A DNA stretch of 64,000 nt from Podarcis liolepis (Eukaryota): the NCBI GenBank assembly GCA_965112155.1, contig OZ218108.1; one strand, given 5' to 3'. Under the pieces are notes generated by a model. It had not been told where the DNA came from. It searched no databases and worked only from the letters and a program-made list of their open reading frames with translations. The translations under genes were made by a program, and so were the position numbers. Shown here piece by piece: positions 36,032-48,894 of this stretch; position 1 is the stretch's first letter; every line of letters starts with the position of its first letter.

Positions 36032-39000
36032 TATAGCTATTGAGATGCATTTACTGTATGTGTTGTAACTTATCTTAAACCTCCTAAAAACATACAGTGA
36101 CATCAACCATATAAGCAGAATGAATGTGGATTTGTGTCATTTACATAACCAGTTGTCACTTGTTACCTTTGCCATTATCTTTGTCATCTGGACCCCCTTT
36201 TCCTTTTCTCTTCCACTATTTAAACCAAGGGTGTAAATACTTTATGATGGGAACCTGGATCCTATGTATGCCTTGGAGCACTTTCTTGACTGTTTATACT
36301 GTCTGTGCACTCCTGACAACTTTCCAAAGTTCAGAATCACAAGATTCACTTGCTTCCCTTGGAACCTCCATCACAACTGAGACCTTCATAGGAAGCCCTC
36401 CTTGTGCTCCCATCTGGAGATATTGGCGGGGGCAGGTGGGACCTTTTCCATGGTTGCTCATGGACTGTACAGCTTTTCCCCCAAGGAGATCTTCCTGACA
36501 TCTTTTAGTTTGTTTGATGTAATTTAGCTGGGCACAGTCAGTGGCTTAAATTCTTTTTGTTTTCCTTCCGAATCTGGTAATACATTACATTTTATGGCTC
36601 TGCTCTTCCTTCTGGCATGATTTCATATGGCTGGTATTAACAATATTGTAATTTGTTGTATTAGTGTTTTATAATGTGTCTTATAGTATCTTAAACTGCC
36701 TTGAGTGCAATTTGTAGAATGGGGGCATATATATATATATATATGATAAATAATGCAAACAGCCCTAATCACCTGGCCTACCAACTTTCCCCTATATAAG
36801 CTAGTCTTCCCTTCCGATTGAAGAAACATTCAGCCTCACACAGTTATAATTGCATGAGGCAAAGGAATGGGGCTAGGCACATCTACAGTGAAGCAGCCTC
36901 CTGAACATAGGCTTGCATCTGATAAACACAACCAGCATCTCTTTGGCTGTGGGATGCAGGGGCTTATGCAGGATGGACAAGTGGACCCACTCACCTGCCT
37001 TGCATGGTTGTAGTCACATGAGGCAAAATGCCCAAATAAGGCCAGTGAAGAGCACTTATAAGAAACAAACAATCAGAAGCAAGAGCCTGGTACTTGATAG
37101 GCAACTTGTTATAGTTACCAGTCAGACTTTCCTCATGTCCTGCTCCACAGAGGAAAAGAACGTCCCACCATGCAAAGTCAGACTACATAACATGAGAAGT
37201 GGCCTCTACTATCTGTATTGTCCACATATTCATGACCCGACTCTCTGTAAACATGCAAGTGCCTTGCTCTCTCCATATGGTTATCAAAAGAAAAATGTGA
37301 TGTTTCTACTGTGCTCATTCAGACAGTGCTCAATTATACCAATAGCTGCTGCTCACATGAGCAATTCAGCATTTGAGTAGTGATCTGCACCTCCTCTTAC
37401 TGTAAACAAGAAGTCACAGCTAGTGAACTAACTTGCTGTGCTCCCTTATTAAAGGATATCACTCAAAAAATTTACACTTAAAATGGGTTACTGTATTCTT
37501 CAAATGGCTCTTGAGTTCACCTGGCTCTATTGCACAGATTTTCCTTGGCTTCAGACACTGAATCTTCCATCGTATTCCGCCTTTGTAATTTAATCCACCT
37601 CACCTCTGTTTAACCTTACAACAACTTAATCTAGATGCATCCCAATACTAACATATATTAAAATGACTTTGTTCAATCCCTCAACAAGTGTTCACCAGCT
37701 GTACTACTAAAATAGATAGGGCAACATCAGTATTGACCATATTACTTCAAAAATGCAGATGCCAAGTTTATTCAAATCTGCTTTGCTTTGATGTTATCTG
37801 CATCAAAAATAATTCTGAAAATAATTCTATGAAGATATAGAATTCAGAAAAATGAAGTTGATAGCTAAGCAAGAGGGCACTGTGCCATCTCATGTAAAGT
37901 AGCAGAGGGGAGACAAACTAACACAATTACAGTAGGAAAAATAATTTAACATTTTAGCAGACTGTCTCTTCAGCATGTATGGTGTTAATATTTAAAACTC
38001 ATTGAATCATGGCACTTTTTGGCAGAAATTAACGATACATCTCTGTTCTGTTAGCATATGTATATTTGTGTTTCGTCCCCAGCAGTTCTTCCAGGAATGA
38101 CTTGGCAGCCTCATAGCTACTATGTTAGTGAAGTTAATTGTCACGGCAAAATGATAATATTATGAAGCTAATACTTCCAGGATGTAATGGAGACTTTGCA
38201 GTCTCCAATAGAATCAAATGTTACAGACAGTCTGGGTTTTTAGGGTGCATTAATTTTGCCGAGTTGCTTGTCTGCCTTGCATTGACACAAGCTGCAGATA
38301 GGATGGCAGATGATCCATGTAAAATAAACCTCCCATTATTCATCTTGGCTAGGATGAACTGAGAAATATTTTTGAACCTCTTTGAAAAGGACTCTGATAT
38401 GGGAATTGCGATTCTTGCTGTGTGTGTTCAAAACATACGCAAGTATTAATTGTCCTAACTGTTGAACAGTTTCTGGTTCCTTGCCTCTCCCTCAAATTCA
38501 TATTCTGTACTGCACATCTTTTGCAATTTTTGGCAATCATATACTGTACATTTGTTTAGTCCTTCCAGCTTGGCTACATCATTTCTGATCTGGGCACTCC
38601 TCACAGCCCACTCGTTTCTTGTTATATTTTGTTTTTGTTTTATTCCAGCCTTCAAAACCAGACAGGATGCTTCATGCATTTTCTGATGCTGAAACAAACT
38701 TCCACCTTAGGAAATCTGTGTAGCCTCTCATGTAAACATACTACAATATACAAAAAAACATACTGCTGTGTTATGACTAATTTATATACTACTTTTTGAC
38801 CCAAATGTCTCCAATCAAACAATCAAAGCATAGCAAAATCGTAGTAAAACAGCAAAAATGCAATTGCACTGAAAACATATTGGGAACATCTGCAAATAAG
38901 CAGAAGAAACATCAATCAAACCAGCCCTGTCTCTCAACTAGGATGTACACATTCTCCTCCCCATCCCTCACTTCGGAAGACGTGTTCTACCAATCGGCTG

Positions 39001-39382
39001 CAGCTCTGGAGCAGAAACCGCCTCTCTGTCACTGCAACCAACAGACAAGATATTCACTAATCGTTTCCAAAATGCTTACTCTTTTACTTTAATTTTATTT
39101 AACTGTCTAAGAAGCATATGGTTCTTGTTCAGTGCTTTTGACACAGTTGTTCATTATTTTCTTCTTTCTTGCTCTAGTTTTAGCACTTTGTGAAATTTTT
39201 CTTCTCATACAGTATTTCTACCATAGTTACCATGCGTTCCGCCATCAAGAATACATTCTCCCTTTCCTTTCTTCTGTCTATCAGGGCTCCTCAAGGGTCA
39301 GGTTATTTGCTTTTTTATTATCTATCCTTTAGATCAGGGGTGGCGCACTGGCTGGATCAGGTACTCCAAGCCATTTGAAGTG

Positions 39383-39527
39383 GCTCAGCTGGATAGCTCA
39401 GTCAGTAAAACATGAGACTCTTAGTCGCAGGGCTGTGGGTTCAAGCCTCACGTTGGGCAAAAGATTCCTGCATTTCAGGGGGCTGGACTAAATGACCCTT
39501 GTGGTCCCTCCTAACTCTATAATTCTT
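39383..39527 (+). mobile_element. tRNA-Lys-derived SINE with CR1-type tail
   Basis: TAGCTCAGTCAGTAAAACATGAGACTCTTAGTCGCAGGGCTGTGGGTTCAAGCCTCACGTTGGGC resembles tRNA-Lys(CTT), followed by AGATTCCTGCATT..GGGGG..GGACTA..TGACCC..CTCTA. Confidence 0.85.
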
Positions 39528-42500
39528 TGCCCAGTCACCCATGCACAGGCTTCCGCTGACACGACTCATTAGGTAAATCCCCACCCATAGATCCCTCATG
39601 GTGCTTTTGCACTAGCAAAACACCATTTTCTGCTACGATCACTAAGTGGTGAACATTCACTTGTGTGAATCAGCCCTCAGTAGCTAAAAGTATTTTTAAA
39701 TTAAGTGTTGCCAGTGTTGATGTGCTCAAGAAGGCTTATAGATGTCTGTCCTAGATAGACTTGGCGTCCAAATAGTCAGAGAATTTGCAGCCAAACCAAA
39801 TTCTGGGCATCTTTTTTGGTAGCGCCAAACCATGGGAAAGCACAGGCAACACTTTCTGATAGAGCCTAAAGCTATGTGAAAATTAACTTACTAATAGAGT
39901 ACACATTCACAGACAGACAAACCTTTGGGGCCCTGGAAGTGTGGAAATACTAATTGCTGCCACAATTTGTTTTGCTGGGTGCTGCTTTGTATAAATAAAT
40001 GTAACAGGGTTATTATGACATTTGGTACAACTGAAGAGATGTTTGGTGTGGTTTACCAGGCAGTTTTTAAAAATACAATAAATAATTAAAACAATAAGTT
40101 TATAACAGCAGAACTTTTAAAAATAACATTGGAAAATAAAGCAGCAAGTCAGCAATCCTTAAAGCCTGGGCAAATGAAAAAGGTCTTCATCTGGTGCCAA
40201 ACAAGAAAATAAAAATTAAAAAAATCACTCAGCACCAGGCAGGTTTCCCTGGAGAGAAAATTCCAGAGCCAGGGCGCCACATAGCAACACAACACCATAT
40301 AGCACCAGAATGCAACATGGAGCTCCTTCATGTAACAACTGTATGATTCAAACTTCTTGTTGTGTATCTCTAAAACCGTAATTGTGACTTTCTGCAACTT
40401 GGTATGTGCTGTTTTTTGTGTGTGTTTGTGTGATTCACTGTTGCTTTAAGGCAACAGGTTTCCACAGTTCCTGACCTGCATAATTGTTGAACAAATCTCC
40501 CCTCCCCCTTAGTGTAAGCCCAGGCAATTTGCTCTTCTGTCTTACCTGTACAGTATCTTGATCAATCCTCACACACTTTTTAAAATAATATAAACGTACT
40601 TACCAATCGGGATATAAAAAAAGTAAATAGTTGTGCACACTGAACAGAGTTTGGGGCATGAATTTCTCATGCAACAGTACCACCACCTTCCAGTGTTGCA
40701 TGATAAAACCAAAGCCGCTACGAGAAACACATATTTGAATCCTGACCATATAAATCACAGTTCATTAAAAACTCTGATGCTATGGCCTCCTCATTCTCCT
40801 TCATCTCCTCTGAGTCTGAAATCAGAAGAACCATACTCTAGGCATGTACTGGCATTGGAGAATCACTTTGCAGCTGCATTTGCCAATTTGATTTGAATTT
40901 TCTATCTTCCCTGTGGTGGACTAGGCACACTCTGAAACAAGGCATTTTTATTACCTCTGTGTAATCTGAAGCTTCATTTCTTGTTGTTCTCCTGACACTT
41001 ATGCCTGTTTCCTCTTTCAGATTCCAATGTGGCACATTGCCTGTGGTGTGAAAGACAAGATGAAGAGAGATTCATTCCATGAATCTGTCTGCAGCTGGTC
41101 TTATTTTAAAAACAAAACAGTGTGGCTGGCACTCTTTGGTGGGTGCTAATCATCCGGTGGCACAACACAGACTAGCCTTTCGGGGTTTGAAATTTGAATC
41201 TACTCCAAAGCTTGAACTTTTCCAGTTGGCAGAAGAGTTTGCTGTTACATTATCTCCCGGTGCTAGTGTATAAACATTTTTGTAGCACATATTTATTTAT
41301 TCTTCACTGATACTCCCATTACCCTCTTTTCAACTTGGCATCTTGCATTTCCAGGGGAAAATGTCTTATTTTGGAGTACAAATAGAATAATAAAAACAAT
41401 AATTTTAGTTCAGTTGACTTTCTAAGGATGCAAATTACTCATTTTGGAGCTATATGAACTTAACAGTGAATGTGCTCTGAATGAGTGACAGTTTTGCGGC
41501 ATCACTTCCAGAGGGTCAGTCCTGCTGCTAATGGCATATAAGGGATTTCTTACAAACAAACCTTAGTTCATAAATCCTACACCAGGAACTAGCGGGTTTA
41601 TGTTTTTTTCCCCAGGCAATCATCTTTACAAGAATGTTAAATGCACTGTGTGACTCGTTTGCTGTGAAGGATCCTAGAGATCTCTCTTGAAGGAAGTGGG
41701 AATCATCTCTCTTTTGGGTTATGGAAATATCATATTCTCTCAACCCTAAAACCACAATCTCTCATAGGGAAGATGCAATCTCCCTCCAACCCAGCTAGCA
41801 CATCAGTTCTAATTTAGTGATGCTTAGAAAAAGAATGTAAGAAGAGCCCTGATGGATGGCGCTGAAGATCTGTCTAGTCGCACATCCTGTTCTCACAGTT
41901 GTTATAGTTGTTGTTATTAATTTTATTAAATTTATATACCACCCTTCTTCCGAGGATCACAGGGCAGTTTACAGTATAAAAACATAAAAACACAGTTACT
42001 GATCCATAAGAAGACCTCTCCTTTTATTCCATGACTTTTAAGTTTAAGTTTGGTGAGATGCTTTATCAAAAACTTTTTGAAAGTCTAAGCACACAGTGTT
42101 GACTGATCACCTCTATCTATATGTTTAACCCATAAAGGGTTAAAGAGACAAGACTTACCCTCACAATGCCATGGTGGTTCTGCTTCAGCCAGACTTTTAT
42201 TCTTCTCTATATTTGCTTGGTAATATGTTGTATAGGTATCATGGATATCTGATAAATTATGTATATGCGACTTAACTAATGGTGATTAAGTTCTGCTTCA
42301 TAGTCGCACTCACACAGGTCATTTTGTTCCTTTTCATCTTATTTTTTAAAGAGATGTTTAGAGATAAAGTGCTACCATATTATAACACTTTGAGGTCCCT
42401 TGTTATACTCAGAAGCACTGTCGCCCATGAATATTACACCGTATCACGCTTTTGGTGCTTGACTGTGGCCAGGATTTAAGCTGCAAACTGTCAGCCATGC

Positions 42501-43945
42501 ACAGAAATCACATACACTGTGTCATATTCAATATAATAGTATTTACAAGCTGCTCCTACATTTAAAAGATTTGGGTGACGGGCGTTTTCCTCCCAGTGCC
42601 TTATCTTATTTTTTCAAATACATTATATTGTATGCCTTTGTGATGTTTTAGAGGGAAGCTGCGTGGTGAAGTAACACTAGACCTTACAGCCCTTGACATG
42701 GGAATTGCAGCATAATATACTGGTATGCAGTCTCCTTGGTTCCTGCATGGGACATGGCTATAGTTGATGAGTTTCTCATTCAACTAACCCTCGACCTCAT
42801 AAAATTGGACCCGTACTTGAAGCCCACCCTTTATAATGCCAGGTTTTTTTCTCATTTTCAGCCCATGCAGTTAACTTGTATCTAGTTTAAAAATAGTCTT
42901 TTAAAAGAATCAATTTCATGGTGAATGCATCTAGTCAAACAAGCCATTTAAACAACATATTACTCGTGTGTAGCAGACCATTTTACAAGTACCTGATAGT
43001 TTTACAAGCCTGTGTTTCAGACAGGGTAATTGGTTGTCTCTGATATTCGAGTTTGGGACTTAGACTCATTAACTTATTTCAGTGAACAGAATATTGTCCA
43101 GTTTTGTTGTATACCAGGTGCCATTCTTAGTGCCACTCATATTTTTTATATAATACAAATAGGATGCAAGAGTAGAGGCTTAACTTTGGGACACAAATAA
43201 GCTAATTAAATGCTGTCACCCTTCAGGCTTTTCACTAGGTGTGAGATATCTCACAATATATCTAATTTTGATCTCTGTACTATTTAAGTAAAATTGTCAT
43301 CATCTCTTACTCTATATGTGTATTTGGCTTTGTAATGCAGGTATTGGCTCGGATCCAGAAACGCCTTGCGCAAACAGAAAGGAACTTCCGCAAGGGACCC
43401 CTGCCAAATTCTTCTGATTTCCTCCTCCTGCTCCCTGTGTCTCATCCCTCCTCCCATATCAGAGGGTTCCTTGATCCCCAGGAGTGTTTGAGCAGGTTCA
43501 GGGGCTATAGCTCCCATTGCTTGAGAAGAGTTCCACTCATTCTTCTTTGGATCCAACTCGTTGTGTATATGTGTGGTTTTGTGGCTTAAAAAATTTGTAC
43601 TGCACATAGTAAGATTGCTTTGGGTAAAGGAATTCCAGTATCCATAGTTATCCTACATTTGTGGGTCTCTCCATTCACTGCAATTGAAGAATAATTGCCA
43701 AGTGCACAGTTTGTCCCCTCCATGCAGTAAATGCGGTATGCTCTGGATCAAGACAGTGGAATAAACAATTACAATCCAGTTGGGAGCAAATGTTTCAAAT
43801 GCATGTGCTATTTGTCATTATCTATTAGGTAACGTTATAAAATGGCACTAGCAAATAGAGCAGGGCAATTTTAGCAACGTTGGCAGAGTTAGTAAAACTG
43901 GGGTGGTAGTGTACATGTAGTTAAAATGAGAGCTGTTTTACACAC

Positions 43946-43947
<2 letters not shown>

Positions 43948-43983
<36 letters not shown>
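43948..43983. repeat. (AC)n microsatellite
   Basis: Direct reading. Confidence 0.95.
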
Positions 43984-43986
<3 letters not shown>

Positions 43987-44419
43987 ACAGGAATCCATTG
44001 ATCTTGCATGCTGATAGCAGTAGCTATACCTAAAGCACTGACACCAGTGGCGGACTTTGGGCTCTCACATTTCAGCAGCACCCTGTGCAGTACCAACATT
44101 GGGCGTACCCTCCCCACCTCTTGCCTTCCATTCTAAGTCATTGTTGCGGTGCCCCCCTCTCGGCTCAGTGACCAGTACAGCAAACTGGTTGCACTCCTCT
44201 AAATCCACCTCTGCTGGCACCCCTTAACCAGATTGTTGTTACCACACCTTTCTAAGATGATTTGCTGTCTCTAATGATTTCCTTTTATTATTTGCAAAAA
44301 ATGACTTTTCTTCTCAGAAGTCTTTATCATTCAGTACTGAAAGGAGGAAGTGAGCCATTCATTTGGGGTTTTTATTTAGAATATTCAGTTATGCTGACTA
44401 ATGGGGACATAGTTGTATG

Positions 44420-45973
44420 TGCTAGGTCCTGTGGCTGCAAAACAAGTCCAGATAATCACCCCTCCATCACATAGCTGTCAACTTACAGGTTTGAAAATAA
44501 GGGACCAGCAGCCTTGAAAATAAGGGACCAGCAGCCCAAATAAGGGACCTGCAGCCTCACCTGTTCCAGGCATTCCAGTCTTCCTGTCCTCCTGCAGTCT
44601 GGTCAAACTCATGATGGTAGCTTCGAGAACACTGTCCAACCAACTTTGTAACCAGAGGTTCAACTGAATAGAATCTGAATCACTTGCACCACAAGGCCTA
44701 TGCAGCCTCAACTTAAGATAGCTCCCCGGCCTGGCTTTGCATTGCAAAGTTTGCAGCAGCACGTGCAACAAAATGGCATCCAGCATTCAAAAAACCCCTC
44801 AGCTTGCATTAACTAGCCACACACAAGGCATGCAAGCTCCACCCCCCAGTCGTTCTTAGACTTCTTATTGGGTGAGCAACATAGCCAAGCAACACAGTTG
44901 GAGCCTCCCTCCTCCCTGGCTGGCAGGGAGGGAGGGAGGGGAGCTGCTTCCTTTGAAATTTAAGGGACATCATTTAAGGGACATTTAAGGGACATCCATC
45001 AATAAGGGACAGCAGCGGGACATGGCGCTGGAATAAGGGACTGTCCCTTCAAATAAGGGACACTTGACAGCTATGCTCCATCACCATGCTTGGCAGTATG
45101 AGGTGCTTGTCTCTTATGCTGTGTTTGGTTTTTGCTAAACCTGGTGCTGTGCATTATGGCCAAACATCTCCACTTTGGTCTCATCTGTCCAGAGGACATT
45201 GTTCCAGAAGTCTTGTGGTTTGTTCAGATGCAACTTTGCAAACCAAAGCCATGCTGCCATGTTCTTTTTAGAGAGATGAGACTTTCTCCTGGAAACCATT
45301 CCAAACAAACCATACTTGTTCAGCCTTTTTCTAATTGTACTGTCATGAACTTTAACATTTAACACACTGAGGCCTGTAGAGCCTGAGATGTAACTCTTGG
45401 GGTTTTTGCAATTTCTCTGAGCATTGCACGGACTGACCTTCCTTGTTGTGAATTTGCTGGGACGTCCACTTTTTCCACTTTTGAATAATCTTTCTCACTG
45501 TAGAATGATGGACTTTACATTCGTTGGAGATAGCCTTAGAACCCTTCCCAGTTTCATGGGCAGCAGCACTTGCTTCTCTAAGAGCCTTGTGCCATCTTTC
45601 CTCCTTGGCATTGTGTTAAAACACACCTGAATGCTCCAGACCAGCAAACTGCTAAAACTTTGTCTTTTATAGAGGTGGGCACACTTGCTGATGATCAATT
45701 AAGCAAGGGCATGTGATTAGCAGCCCCTGTCTGCTACTTAGTCTCTTAATTCCTATGGCAGCAGAAAGGGTGTACTTAGTTTTTCACACATTATTTCTCC
45801 ATCTTTATTTCTGTTAAATAAATTATATCACGGTGTAATATGTCATGTGTCAATCATCTGTGGTTGTATTTACCTAATTTTAAGACCTGATAAGGAACAA
45901 ATGATTGCTATTATGTCCTGATATGTAAAACCACAGAATTCAAAGAAAGTTCACTTTCTTTTTCTCATGACTA
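44420..45973 (-). mobile_element. Degraded Tc1 transposon (transposase N-half), interrupted by the hAT element
   Basis: ORF 45135-45365 reads VHDSTIRKRLNKYGLFG..SRRK..LSKKN...FAK.HL.KPQDFWNNVLWTDETKVEMFG (Tc3-type HTH and first catalytic D). MPRRKD start near 45615. Terminal-repeat-like sequence to ~45973. Left boundary approximate. Confidence 0.8.
44470..45075. mobile_element. Non-autonomous hAT element with CATAGCTGTCAA ends, inserted in a Tc1 remnant
   Basis: TIR CATAGCTGTCAA / TTGACAGCTATG. 8-bp TSD CTCCATCA (44462-44469, 45076-45083). Multiple subterminal AATAAGGGAC repeats at both ends. Confidence 0.9.
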
Positions 45974-46085
45974 TACCTCCAATGTAGCGTGAAGCTGGAG
46001 AATCTTTTAACTGCTTTATTGGAGACCTACATATACTACTAATTCTCTTTATCACTGTGGCCAGAAAGAAACTGTCTCTCTCTCT

Positions 46086-46127
46086 CGTGTGTGTGTGTGT
46101 GTGCGCGCGCGTGCGCGTGTGTACACG
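46086..46127. repeat. (TG)n(CG)n alternating purine-pyrimidine tract
   Basis: Direct reading. Confidence 0.9.
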
Positions 46128-47867
46128 GTAAAAAAAAATGTTCATAAGAGCAGGGGGTGATATTACTAGAGTTTGGAACATCAAAGACTGTCATGAAATT
46201 ATTAATTTCCTCTTGTTGCAGCAACTACCATGAGTTAGGTTGTCAAACGTGGGTACTGTTGTCAGATTAATAAAAGCAAAAATTTGGGCTCTGGTTGATT
46301 ATTTATGTTACTGAGTAATGAGAATGAATGGTGATTGTCTAAAAGGTTTTCTTTTAGTCATTGCTCTCTGTAAAAGAACAAACAAATTAATATTTAGTAT
46401 TTTCAAATAATGTGTTTGAAAATTCTTAATCCCAGCAGGTAGTATTACTACCTTGGTGAATACAGGCCCCTGTATAATTAGTGAGGCAAAGAACGCTGCT
46501 CTTCCAGGAGGGTGTGTGTGTGTGTGCTAAGCATTCTTTACATTAGAGGTTTGTGAAAATCTCAGGTTACTCTGCCATTTTTGTCAGCTTAGCACCAGCT
46601 GGCTTTGTTATCAAGTGGCTGCGCTAGATCCGTGGTTTGTTATGCTTTGTACAGCTTTTGCTTCCTCTCTGAATATAGCTGTCAGATTGCGTTTGCTGGA
46701 ACAAGCCACAGTGGTCGTTCGTTTTGCTTCAGAATATGCGGTTAATGTACTATCATCCATGCAAAACCTTCATTTTCAGCTAGCCAAAATCATAGCATGC
46801 ATTCCTATAATTATAGTTCAATTCAGCTTCTTAGTAGTGTATGTATGAACAGCATTATGGGATTTATTACCTAAGTGGGTTACATTTTTAATGATATACT
46901 ATTATACTTCGCCTTAACTATGATAGGAATATTTTTTTGAGAGCGAGAGAGAGAGATCCAAATCCCATTGTCTAACTGTTGTTGCTAATTTAGCCACAAT
47001 AAAACTGACGTAGAAGGGATAATTTGGTAAGATATCATAAGTGTATAGATAGGAGAAAGGGAGCATATTCTTGTGTGTCTCTTCTAATAATGCATTTTTT
47101 CAAGCTGCTTCTAAATTATTATTCCTTAATAACCCAAGGAAGTGGTTTAAATGAATGTTGTTGTTGCCATTTGTTTCATTAGTGTTCAAATTATGTTTAT
47201 CATAAAAAATCTAAATTTAAATAAAAGTCTTTCTCTTGCCTTTCTAAATGGTAATATCAAGGATTTCATCTGAAGTATGTCTTTAAAGGAAAAATTAAAT
47301 TCATACTTTAGCTAACAAAATTAATCTTCTCCATTTTAAATCACTTTACAAGTAAATAAATATTGCATATAGATTGTATCTTGGTTATATATATCTTTTT
47401 AGGTATATTAGATTTTTATAGATACATAGGTCTGCCATGGGTCTGGATTTTTCCAGACATTACACGGATTTCAAATGCGGAATTGACATCCAGGGGGTAT
47501 TTCCTGGATTTTAAGCAAGTCAATCGAAATTTCATGGTTTTTTTTTTGGCATTTTTCTAAAAAGAACAACAACTACTACTACTTTGGAGGAGTCCTGATT
47601 TTTACTTTTTGAAATATGGCAATCCTAAAATATAGTACTATATATATTTAGATTTTAGTCCTTCCCCCCTCGCATACACTCAGTGCCTTGTACAGATATT
47701 TGAGAAATGCCTGCCAAGGCATTATTCTCCTAAATGGTCTTAATCACTGTCCAAAGAGCTTGAAATAATGAAATGGGTTCCTATTGTAAAAAAGATTTTT
47801 GGTATCTGCTATTACAAGTGAGGCTAATGAAATCCATTGATATGTTGACTATTGGCCTGAGAATAAT

Positions 47868-48007
47868 AGAATCATAGAATATTGCAGAGTTGGAAGGGAC
47901 CACAAGGGTCATCTAGTCCAACCCCCTGCAGTGCAGGAATCTTTTGCCCAAGTGGGGCTCGAACCCACAACCCTGAGATTAAGAGTCTCATGCTCTACTG
48001 ACTGAGC
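47868..48007 (-). mobile_element. tRNA-Lys-derived SINE with CR1-type tail (second copy)
   Basis: Reverse complement of the 39383 family, with GAATCATAGAAT tail. Confidence 0.85.
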
Positions 48008-48741
48008 CACAAGTCATTCATAAGATACTTTGATCATTCACATGCAAACTTGTTAGAAATATAATGAACTCTTTTTATTCATTATAGAGTTACAAATACA
48101 GATGTTGTCACTACGGCCGTTCATTTTATCTTTAGCTGCTCTTTTGTGTAAAATTAAAAGGTGGGTCGGGGGCTTAAAAGTTACAAGTCCAGAGGAATAA
48201 CTGAAGGGTCTTATTCAGCTTTTACTTATGATGCTATGACTGTCATCCACACGAAACATCTGATTACGTATGATCAACACCTCCAATGTTGTTGTCAAGG
48301 AAATGGGTGCACTGCAAGTTACCATGATAAATACATTTTCTCTTGTTCAATATATTTTCAATAAATATATTTCTCTTGTTGATAAATATTTTGCATTTTT
48401 CAACAACAGTACTGCAGGTGAGAAGTTAAGTTCTAATTCTGAAGATGAAATAATGTGTTTCATAATCAGGGGTGGCCTGTATCATAAATGAAATCTAATT
48501 CTTTGAAAGATCTTCCTGTGCTTCTAAATGTATTGTTAGAATGGTGGTTCCCAGCAGATCATTCACCCCCAGCAAAAACACCAGCATGTCACTGCATATA
48601 AGCTATTTCAAGAACAGCTGCAAAGTAATTCTAAAAAAGAGTGTTCAAGATTCTTCCAACACCTTCTGTCTTGAAAAGACAAGTAAGCCAAAAAGTATAT
48701 ACAAAAACTGATTTTTCGTGTTGCTTTTTTTAAAAAAACAG

Positions 48742-48894
48742 ATCAAAAAGTATTTGGAACTTGAACCACTTGCACGAGGAAAACGCTGGATACTTAAGCC
48801 CTGCTCCTTGGATGATATGGAAGCAGTAAAAGACAGCTTTGGCCTGCTGATAAATTTACTAGAAGACAGAGACCTTGAGCCTTCAAGAATGTGA
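48742..48894 (+). CDS. ARL15: ADP-ribosylation factor-like GTPase 15, last coding exon (50 aa + stop)
   Basis: After a pyrimidine tract and CAG acceptor (48739-48741), frame 0 reads IKKYLELEPLARGKRWILKPCSLDDMEAVKDSFGLLINLLEDRDLEPSRM* (TGA 48892-48894). This closely matches the ARL15 C-terminus as I recall it (IKKYFELEPLARGKRWILQPCSLDDMDALKDSFSQLINLLEEKDHEAVRM). Upstream exons are not seen in the window. Confidence 0.95.
   Translation: MKKYLELEPLARGKRWILKPCSLDDMEAVKDSFGLLINLLEDRDLEPSRM

Noticed and set aside
39383-39458. tRNA-Lys gene
   Set aside because: The stems carry mismatches and it runs straight into a CR1-like tail. A second copy at 47868-48007 shows it is a SINE.
44495-44550. CRISPR-like or regularly spaced repeats (AATAAGGGAC; also TAACCTGAA at 8137-8307)
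   Set aside because: These are transposon subterminal repeats in eukaryotic DNA, with no spacer structure or cas genes.
47427-47626. Old hAT-like MITEs (also ~44045-44213 and ~51437-51607)
   Set aside because: TIR-like ends are visible but the TSDs are too degenerate to support firm calls.
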